Origin: Candidatus Delongbacteria bacterium | GTDB taxonomy: Bacteria; CAIWAD01 | DNA length: 64,000 nt | Direction: 5' to 3' | Assembly (NCBI GenBank): GCA_963663545.1 | Contig: OY760505.1 | Span: forward strand, 2,336,001-2,400,000 | Shown here: piece after piece, positions 56,956-64,000 of the stretch | Layout: the number at the start of each line of letters is the position of its first letter | How positions within the stretch are numbered: position 1 is the first letter of the stretch | Made by a program: the position numbers and the translations under genes | Notes under the pieces: model-generated | The model's database searches: none | Told to the model about the DNA's origin: nothing | What the model saw: the letters and a program-made list of their open reading frames with translations, nothing else

Positions 56956-57785
56956 AGAAGCTGCTGTGGATCTTGCCCCTACTGATTGTTTTGGCTGTTG
57001 CAGCGTGGGCGGGGCACTTTCTGCTTCATTTTCCGAAAGCCATAGGCGAGCAGCCGCTGCGCGTACTTAGCTGGAACGTTCATGGTTTGCATGATCGCTA
57101 TGATCACGAAAGCAAGAGCCTGATCATCGAGAGTATTCTGCTGGCGAATCCCGATGTCGTTTTGCTTCAAGAGTATCCGATGAGACACTGGGGGCTTAAT
57201 CCTGAAAGTGCGCTTGCTTTGCGTGGGAATCTGCAGTATGTGAAGCACTATCGCTATGCCGATGGGATGGGGAAAAGCGCCACGATGGGCTTGGCCATTC
57301 TCTCCCGCTATCCGATCAAGGGAAGCTGGCAGGAAATCCTGCGACCCCTGGGCGAAGGCCGTCTTGTCGGAGTCAGCACCCTCGATGTCGAGGGCCGCGA
57401 GATCCATCTTGCGGTGGTTCACATGCCCAATAGTGACATCCGGCGTTTTGGCATTCAGAGCAGCGAGATTTTCGGCACCAACTTGCGCACCATTCAGACG
57501 CAGCATCTTTTGCAATCACTGGACAGCCTCCGCCACGAACCGCTTGTTGTTGCCGGCGACTTCAACAGTTTTCCCTATTCGGCCAGTTGGCGCATGATGA
57601 ATTACAGCCTGCGGGATGCTTTCCCGTTTGCTGAGCTGTTTACGCCAACCTATACCGTTGAGGAGGGAATTGGAGTGCGCTTGGATCACATCTTTGTCAC
57701 GCCAAAGGTGGAAGTGAAGTCTGCACAAGTGCTGAAGCTCGAGGGGTCGGATCACTTGCCCGTAATTGCAGATCTTGTCTTCTGA
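56952..57785 (+). CDS. Endonuclease/exonuclease/phosphatase (EEP) family protein with N-terminal anchor
   Basis: SWNV, LQE, ILSRYPI, GDFN, LDHIF, SDHLPV. GTG start overlaps the murU stop. Confidence 0.88.
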   Translation: MKKLLWILPLLIVLAVAAWAGHFLLHFPKAIGEQPLRVLSWNVHGLHDRYDHESKSLIIESILLANPDVVLLQEYPMRHWGLNPESALALRGNLQYVKHYRYADGMGKSATMGLAILSRYPIKGSWQEILRPLGEGRLVGVSTLDVEGREIHLAVVHMPNSDIRRFGIQSSEIFGTNLRTIQTQHLLQSLDSLRHEPLVVAGDFNSFPYSASWRMMNYSLRDAFPFAELFTPTYTVEEGIGVRLDHIFVTPKVEVKSAQVLKLEGSDHLPVIADLVF

Positions 57786-57922
57786 GTTCGCGTAGAGCAA
57801 CCGTGGGGGCCGCTCGCTTTCCTGCCCGCTTACGGAGACGATTTCCCATCTTGACGAGTGACACTCCGGTGCCTTCTGGCGCTTTCGCCGGTTTGTGATA
57901 CAGAGTCAAGACAGGTGTTCTC

Positions 57923-60900
57923 ATGCAATCCTTCCGTCGCCCCATACTGATTCTGCTGACGCTACTGTTTGTTCTGCTGCATGGGCGTGCGCTTGCAACA
58001 GCAGACGCAGCGCAACTGCAAGCCGGTGGCTTGTATCCGGATCTGCAACTGCTGCAGAGTGACGAGAGCGGTGTGGAGTTTGTGCTTCGTCTGGTGGTGG
58101 AGGATCCCATTGCCGATGCGGAGGGCGGTTATCTTCCGCGCATGCGAGGCGTTGGTCAAGAAACCAACCCGCAGCGCTCACTGCATATTGCACTTCCGCG
58201 TGGTGTTACACCGCGTCTGCGCTTGCTGAATCAGATTTCCTACACGCTGCCTGGACCTGTGTCCGGTTGTGAGTTCAAGGGGCAGAATCCACTGCCGTTA
58301 CTGTCTGAGCGTGTGACACAGTTCGATGACTTGCGTGAGCTGCGAGTTGACCTGAACCTGCTTCGTACCAGCTCGAGTACAAGTCGTATTGTTCGCGAGC
58401 TACATCTGCGCGTGGATTTTGAGCGAGGAGCCGTCGCATCACCCGGAAGCCTCAGTCGTCTGCGGCCCGATGAGCTACGTATGCACTTCCTGAATGCACA
58501 TCAGATTGGGGCGTGGGCTGAGCCGCGCAGCTTGTTGCGCGAAGGGGCAACGGTGTGGGACGGTGACACATGGCTACGTATTCCTGTCACAGAGGAAGGC
58601 TTGTATGTGATACAACCTTCCATGCTCAGCACTCTTGGGCTTGATCCTGCCAGCCTCGATCCGACGACGTTCAAATTGTACAGCTATGGTGGTCGACAGA
58701 TTGACGTAAGTCCGATTTCTGAGCGAGCACAGCAGTATGATCCGCATGAAGTGCCGATGATTCGCGAGCTGGATCTGAGCAGCGGCTTCAGTGGCCAGGA
58801 GAGGCTCCTTTTCTACGGACGTGGCACGCACGGACTTGCCAATCTGAGTGATGGAACCCTGCGGCACTATAGCCACGACTACACCGACACAAACTACTAC
58901 TACCTGCTTGTGGGTGGTGTACAGGCGGGTCTTGTTATGGACGAGCTGGAAGCCGGGTTTGTTTCAGGAGCAACAACGATTGAACAAGCCCATTGGCGCG
59001 GTGTGATACAAGAACACAAGAATGTTGCGGATACAGGTAGCGCTTACTGGTACGGCGACGAGTTCCAGGGTTCCGGTAGTTATGAGTACACCTTTTCATG
59101 TCCAGCAATCACCAACGGACAGCTTAAGCTGGACTGGGAGTTCTGGTACGAACTGGGAGGCTCGACTCAGCGCATTCAGTTCGCTCTGGATGGCGTGGAG
59201 ATGGGAGCGTCGGTTCGCGCTGACAGCTCGGTCTACAATTTTCTGGAAGTGACACGCTCGCTTAGTAGTGGAGATCATCGCGTACGTGCGAGCCTATATT
59301 CCAGCAATGGGCTGCGGCTGTTGATGCAATACCTGGTGCTGAGCTACGACACAGAGCCCTGTTTTGTCGACGGTGAATTGCGTTTTGAGAGTCCTAGCAA
59401 TCCGGGCAAGTATCACTATCAGATCAGCAGTTATCCGGCAAACGCCTACGTGATGGACGTTACCGATTACGATAGCATTCGCGTGATACAATCCAATTCT
59501 TTCTCACAGAGCGTATCACCAATTACTGCCAACAGCATTTTCGGACGGGCTCGCTTGTATTACGGTGCAGCGGAGTCAGCATTGCGAACACCAGAGAATG
59601 TGAGCATCGATTCCATGCCGGATCTGGCTTCTGAAGCAGGAAGCAGCGATTTGATTGTCATTGCGCCTGATGCGTATCACGATGCAATGCAGCAACTGGT
59701 GGACTACAAGAACAGTAGTACTGCTACTAGCGCCCGCCTAGTAAGCCTTGAGGACGTTTATCGCAAGTACAACTGCGGTGTTGTTGATCCGGGAGCCGTG
59801 CGCAATTTCCTTCTGCAGGAGTATGAACAGCAGACACCTGCGCGTTATGTGCTACTGGTGGGCAACGGCCACTACGACTATCGCAATCTGATCAGTGGTG
59901 CTACGCCCATGGTCTTTCCTGCCTGGTATATCGGCAACGACATGCAGGATGATTTCTTTGTGCGCGTGGACGCCGACCTGCATCTGGGCTTCAGCCTTGG
60001 GCGCCTGCCTGCCAACAGTGTTGCAGATGCCCAGGCCTACGTCGACAAAGCGATCGTCTACGAAAGCGGACAGGCCGCAGGGGAGTGGCATAATCGTCTG
60101 CTCTTTGTCGCTGATGATGAGCACTGGGAAAACGGCGCGGTGCGCAGTTTTGAATTCACGCATTCTCAGGACACAGAGAGCCTGATTCAAGAGTTCGTGC
60201 CGGAAGCCTTTGATACTAGGCGCCTCTACATTTTCGAATACCCGTCGGTCTACAATCCTGAGATTCGTGTCTACGAGAAGCCCCAAGCCGAGGAACGGCT
60301 ACTTGAAGAGCTAAACAACGGCGTGGCGATGGTTAGCTACATGGGACATGGCAACAACACAACATGGGCTCATGAGTATGTGTTTCACCAGTCCAAACAT
60401 CTTCCTTTGATTCAGGCCAACGACAAACCCACGATCTATCTGGCTGCAACATGTAGCTGGGCGGAAATAGACCTACCGATCGGCCAGGCAATGCCGCTGC
60501 AGCTGACCAATATGCCGCACGGTGGCGCGGTTGGTATTCTCGCTGCTACCAGGAAAACAACGGGCACGAGCAATTACCGCATGGCGGAAGTTATCTACAG
60601 TGCCCTGTTTGAATACTGGAATGACGCAACGACCCCCGAGCGTATCACATTGGCTGACGCAATGGCAGCTGCCAAGAATGACGACACGGGTTACAATAAC
60701 CGAGCCCTCTATTTGTACCTCGGCGACCCAAGCATTTTGCCAGCCTTTCCTTCGGGGAGTGGAGTTGTAGAGCACCTCGTTTCAGGCAATGTGGAGTCGG
60801 ACACCTTGTTGACGACCGAGTTGGCTGTGATACAAGCAAGAACGAGCGCTGGTGAACAGCAGAATGCCGTGCTAGAAGGTGAAGCTTCTGTGCTTGTGCG

Positions 60901-61903
60901 TGAAGCTCCTGTGAGTCGGACTCACGCGTACGATCCTATCGACGGGCAGGAAGAGTATCACGGAGTCAGCCTGAGTTACGAACAACCGGGTCCACTGATC
61001 TACCGTGGTACGCAACCGCTTGCCAATCAGGAAATCAGTGCTCGATTCATCGTTCCGGTTGATTATTCTGGAGCGCCTGGAAATGGTCGCATTCGTATGT
61101 ATTACAACGGTCAGGATGCTACTGATAGCCATGGCGAGGGTGTCGTGTATTTCGATGGTTTTGCGTTTGACTATAATCCCGATCCCGAGAGTGACACACG
61201 GGCGCCCGATGTTGGTGTCACGTTCAATGGGCCGCAGTGGCGACCCGAGGACTGGATTGCTGCGAACAGTGCACTTATTGTGCAAATCAGCGATAGCAGC
61301 GGCATCAACATCACGGGAGAAGCCGGACACCGTATCGAACTTACCCTGGATGGCGGCCAGCCCATTGATCTGACAGAGTTGTTTGAATATGACGCCGAAA
61401 GCTGGATGAGTGGACAGGTTGTCAAACAACTGCCGCAGCTTGATCCTGGACGACACGAGCTCCAGGTTCGTGCCTTCGACAGTTTCAACAACCCTGGATA
61501 CGCAGAGAGCGAGTTCTACGTTGCCAGTGAGGAGGCCATATCACTTGCTGCAGTGGTCAATTTCCCGAATCCGGTAAAGGAGACAACGCAGTTCACCTTT
61601 ACGGTAAGCGGTGTTGTTCCGGATGCATTGGACGAAGTGACTCTGTCGGTTTATACTCTGCGAGGAAGACGTGTAGCACGCCGGACTCTTGATGTCTCCG
61701 GGTCAAGTGCGCTGTATTACAGCGAGGCGTGGGAGCCCCGTAATGATCACGGTGATCCGCTGGCGCGTGGTGTTTACTTGTACCGATTGGAGCTTCGCAT
61801 TGATGGCTTCAGTTATTCACTCCTTGACGATTATGGTAACTTCCAGAACTACCAGATCGGATCACAAACGCTGGCTGGACAAGGCAAAATGATCGTGGAG
61901 TAG
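57923..61903 (+). CDS. porU: T9SS sortase PorU-like C25 peptidase
   Basis: Signal peptide, LFYGRG, Y.DTNYYYL, AVRNFL, LGRLP, ADD, catalytic YMGHG and ATC, LGDP, DSSGIN, NFPNP C-terminal domain. Confidence 0.85.
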   Translation: MQSFRRPILILLTLLFVLLHGRALATADAAQLQAGGLYPDLQLLQSDESGVEFVLRLVVEDPIADAEGGYLPRMRGVGQETNPQRSLHIALPRGVTPRLRLLNQISYTLPGPVSGCEFKGQNPLPLLSERVTQFDDLRELRVDLNLLRTSSSTSRIVRELHLRVDFERGAVASPGSLSRLRPDELRMHFLNAHQIGAWAEPRSLLREGATVWDGDTWLRIPVTEEGLYVIQPSMLSTLGLDPASLDPTTFKLYSYGGRQIDVSPISERAQQYDPHEVPMIRELDLSSGFSGQERLLFYGRGTHGLANLSDGTLRHYSHDYTDTNYYYLLVGGVQAGLVMDELEAGFVSGATTIEQAHWRGVIQEHKNVADTGSAYWYGDEFQGSGSYEYTFSCPAITNGQLKLDWEFWYELGGSTQRIQFALDGVEMGASVRADSSVYNFLEVTRSLSSGDHRVRASLYSSNGLRLLMQYLVLSYDTEPCFVDGELRFESPSNPGKYHYQISSYPANAYVMDVTDYDSIRVIQSNSFSQSVSPITANSIFGRARLYYGAAESALRTPENVSIDSMPDLASEAGSSDLIVIAPDAYHDAMQQLVDYKNSSTATSARLVSLEDVYRKYNCGVVDPGAVRNFLLQEYEQQTPARYVLLVGNGHYDYRNLISGATPMVFPAWYIGNDMQDDFFVRVDADLHLGFSLGRLPANSVADAQAYVDKAIVYESGQAAGEWHNRLLFVADDEHWENGAVRSFEFTHSQDTESLIQEFVPEAFDTRRLYIFEYPSVYNPEIRVYEKPQAEERLLEELNNGVAMVSYMGHGNNTTWAHEYVFHQSKHLPLIQANDKPTIYLAATCSWAEIDLPIGQAMPLQLTNMPHGGAVGILAATRKTTGTSNYRMAEVIYSALFEYWNDATTPERITLADAMAAAKNDDTGYNNRALYLYLGDPSILPAFPSGSGVVEHLVSGNVESDTLLTTELAVIQARTSAGEQQNAVLEGEASVLVREAPVSRTHAYDPIDGQEEYHGVSLSYEQPGPLIYRGTQPLANQEISARFIVPVDYSGAPGNGRIRMYYNGQDATDSHGEGVVYFDGFAFDYNPDPESDTRAPDVGVTFNGPQWRPEDWIAANSALIVQISDSSGINITGEAGHRIELTLDGGQPIDLTELFEYDAESWMSGQVVKQLPQLDPGRHELQVRAFDSFNNPGYAESEFYVASEEAISLAAVVNFPNPVKETTQFTFTVSGVVPDALDEVTLSVYTLRGRRVARRTLDVSGSSALYYSEAWEPRNDHGDPLARGVYLYRLELRIDGFSYSLLDDYGNFQNYQIGSQTLAGQGKMIVE

Positions 61904-62028
61904 ATCTGCACAACTGCTACTGAGTTCCGCTGAATTTCTACAAGATGAGTCCATGCATTCCAGTGCCGGAGCTGTTTCGGCTTGGTTTGCTCCTTCTCAT
62001 CCCGATGTGCTTTCAAGAGAGGTGGCAG

Positions 62029-64000
62029 ATGAGATCTATACATGTCAGCCTGTTGATGCTGGTTCTTTCTCTCTTCCTTGTATCACATGCTTCACCATTG
62101 CAGAGTAGCACAGGCCTGAGAATCGGGGGTCCGCACAAGGATATTCAACTGACACGTAGTACTGAGAGCGGCATTGAGTTTGTATTACAACTGGATGTGG
62201 GAAAGGCGTACACGACTGAGCAGGGTGAGCTGATGCTCAACTTGCCGGGTGTGTTCGATGATACGGAACCCCTGCGCGTCCTGCACATTGCATTGCCGCC
62301 CGGATGTGATGCGCAAGTGCGTATCCTTAAACAGTCCAGTATCGCAGTACCCGGCGCCGTTTACGCTTGTCCATTCCAAGGCCGCAATCCGCACCCACTG
62401 GTTGAGAAGCGAATCGTGCAGATAGGCGATTTACGCGCCTTGAGACTGGACCTCAATTTACTGCGAACGAACTCCGGCAGCAGTCGACTTGTGCAAAGTC
62501 TGCGGGTCGAAGTGGATTTTGTTGCACGGGTGGCGCAGACTTCAGGCACGTATAGCCGTCTGAGTAAAAGTGAGCAGCACAGCCAGTTTCTAAACGGCTA
62601 TCAGATTGGCGCCTGGGCCATGGCGCGGAATCTCCGGCGTACTTCCGCTCCTCAATGGGATGGTGACACATGGTTGCGCATTCCCATCAAGGCAGAAGGT
62701 TTGTACCTCATCGACGCCGAAATGCTTGCAGCGCTTGGATTGGAGACAAGTAGTCTGGATCCATCCAACTTCAAGCTGTACAGCTATGGTGGTCGCGTGA
62801 TTGACAACGACCCGATGTCTGATAGGGCACAACAGTATGCACCGAACGAGATTCCCATGATCCGGGAGCTCGATGCAAGTCCAGGATTTTCGGATACTGA
62901 GCGTTTGCTTTTTTACGCCTATGGTGATCAAGCCTACTACCATTTAAGCGATGGTACGCTAGACGCAGAAACGCATCAATACTGTGATACGAACTACTAT
63001 TACCTGCTGGCGGGAGGCGCTCTGCCCGGGCGTAGCATGCAAGTGCTTGGCATGAGCAGTGGTACTGATGTCCAGTATCTTGACGAGTGTTATTGGCGCA
63101 CGGTGATACAGGAGCGCAAGAGCTACACGGGGACGGATCCCAGCATGTGTTTCGGGGATGAACTGCAAGGCATGGGCAGAGTGGAGGTCGAGATTCTCTG
63201 TCCATCAGTGATACAAGGACCTCTGCAGCTCATACCACGCTTTAATTGTGAACTGAATGCTCATAGTCAGCTCGTGCAGTTCGATATCGATGGCGTACCA
63301 CTAGGAGAGCCGGTTCACGCTATCCCCTCTGCCACTTTGGAGTACTTGTGCAGCCTTAGCCCCGGTGTTCACCGTCTTGGCCTGCGCCTGGTTTCTGGAA
63401 CTGGGGACCGCGTTTCTGTGAAGAAGCTAACGCTGGGCTACATGACGCCGCCCGCATTCATTGGAGGTGAGCTGCACTTTGAAAGTCCTGATGAGCCAGG
63501 CGTGTATCACTACTCCATTTCGGATTACTCTGCGGATGCATATGTGCTGGATGTTACGGACTTCGACAGCATTTCTGTGATACAGTCTTCGCAGTTTGTG
63601 GATCGCGTGGAGCCGATACTTGCTAATAGTCGTCTTGGACGCGTGAGACGCTATTTCGGAGCTCGCGAAAACGCTTTGCGCCGTCCCGAAGGAATTAGCC
63701 TGGATGCCATGCCGGACCTGTTTCGTGACCTGGGAAGCAGTCAGCTCCTGGTGCTGGCACCAGAGTCGCTTCTCGAATCGCTTCAGCCACTCATTGACTT
63801 CAAGAACAACAGAACTAGTACCAGTGCACGAATGGTCAGCCTGGAAAGCATTCTTTGTTCTTTCAACTGTGGTATCACAGATCCAGGAGCTGTTCGCAAT
63901 TTCTTACTGCAAGAAGCTCGAGCAGATACGCCAGCGCGCTATGTGCTTCTTGTCGGTAACACGCATTACGACTATCGGGGGCTTCTTAATGATGCACTGC
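62029..64000 (+). CDS. porU: Second PorU-like C25 peptidase paralog (3'-truncated by window edge; absent from the ORF track)
   Basis: ATG 62029 after GAGG; signal peptide MRSIHVSLLMLVLSLFLV. Colinear with 57923 (WDGDTWLRIP, FKLYSYGGR, DTNYYYLL, TPARYVLLVGN.HYDYR) and in the same frame at both ends. Confidence 0.85.
   Translation, partial: MRSIHVSLLMLVLSLFLVSHASPLQSSTGLRIGGPHKDIQLTRSTESGIEFVLQLDVGKAYTTEQGELMLNLPGVFDDTEPLRVLHIALPPGCDAQVRILKQSSIAVPGAVYACPFQGRNPHPLVEKRIVQIGDLRALRLDLNLLRTNSGSSRLVQSLRVEVDFVARVAQTSGTYSRLSKSEQHSQFLNGYQIGAWAMARNLRRTSAPQWDGDTWLRIPIKAEGLYLIDAEMLAALGLETSSLDPSNFKLYSYGGRVIDNDPMSDRAQQYAPNEIPMIRELDASPGFSDTERLLFYAYGDQAYYHLSDGTLDAETHQYCDTNYYYLLAGGALPGRSMQVLGMSSGTDVQYLDECYWRTVIQERKSYTGTDPSMCFGDELQGMGRVEVEILCPSVIQGPLQLIPRFNCELNAHSQLVQFDIDGVPLGEPVHAIPSATLEYLCSLSPGVHRLGLRLVSGTGDRVSVKKLTLGYMTPPAFIGGELHFESPDEPGVYHYSISDYSADAYVLDVTDFDSISVIQSSQFVDRVEPILANSRLGRVRRYFGARENALRRPEGISLDAMPDLFRDLGSSQLLVLAPESLLESLQPLIDFKNNRTSTSARMVSLESILCSFNCGITDPGAVRNFLLQEARADTPARYVLLVGNTHYDYRGLLNDAL

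Larger units (their letters stand above)
16..63878. repeat. Dispersed highly iterated quasi-palindromic heptamer GTGATAC/GTATCAC (GTRWYAC, preferred YGTRWYACR)
   Basis: Manual tally of about 100 exact copies (e.g. 16, 110, 340, 962, 1509, 2007, 2213, 2620, 29222, 29350, 29531, 29549, 54610, 63872) plus about 60 GTGACAC/GTGTCAC/GTAACAC/GTGTTAC. Confidence 0.85.

Noticed and set aside
16..63878. Reading the GTGATAC repeats as a CRISPR array, REP elements, matS/parS or Chi/KOPS
   Set aside because: Only 7-9 bp long, irregularly spaced, intragenic, found on both strands, and not matching those consensus sequences.

Overview
Chromosomal window of a diderm bacterium, roughly 55-60% GC. T9SS sortase-like and T9SS-cargo genes suggest an FCB-group relative (inference). 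I found no IS, prophage, CRISPR, tRNA or rRNA. Contents in order: mutS2 (partial) and dnaG; a hybrid histidine kinase; lptFG; a YccA/BI-1 protein; a PTPS + sepiapterin-reductase-like pair; GNAT, a second hybrid kinase, a lipoprotein and suhB; a C4 zinc-ribbon gene, rnpB, recJ, an MBL hydrolase, nusB, lpxB, a DUF374-like gene, lpxK and nadB; a ~20 kb nonulosonic (legionaminic-like) acid and flagellin-glycosylation-like cluster preceded by a sigma54-type site; a 904-aa TPR protein with two thioredoxins; a YbjN-like gene; a 1395-aa cohesin/dockerin T9SS surface protein; an unusual amgK-murG(HEAT)-mraY-murU operon; and two tandem porU-like genes, the second truncated by the window edge. The most striking unexplained signal is a quasi-palindromic heptamer, GTGATAC/GTATCAC (family GTRWYAC). 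By hand I count about 100 exact copies plus about 60 variants, against about 6 expected for the core pair. It sits mostly inside coding sequence, often imposes rare codons, and is nearly absent from the most codon-biased genes. All counts and family assignments come from manual reading, not from database searches.
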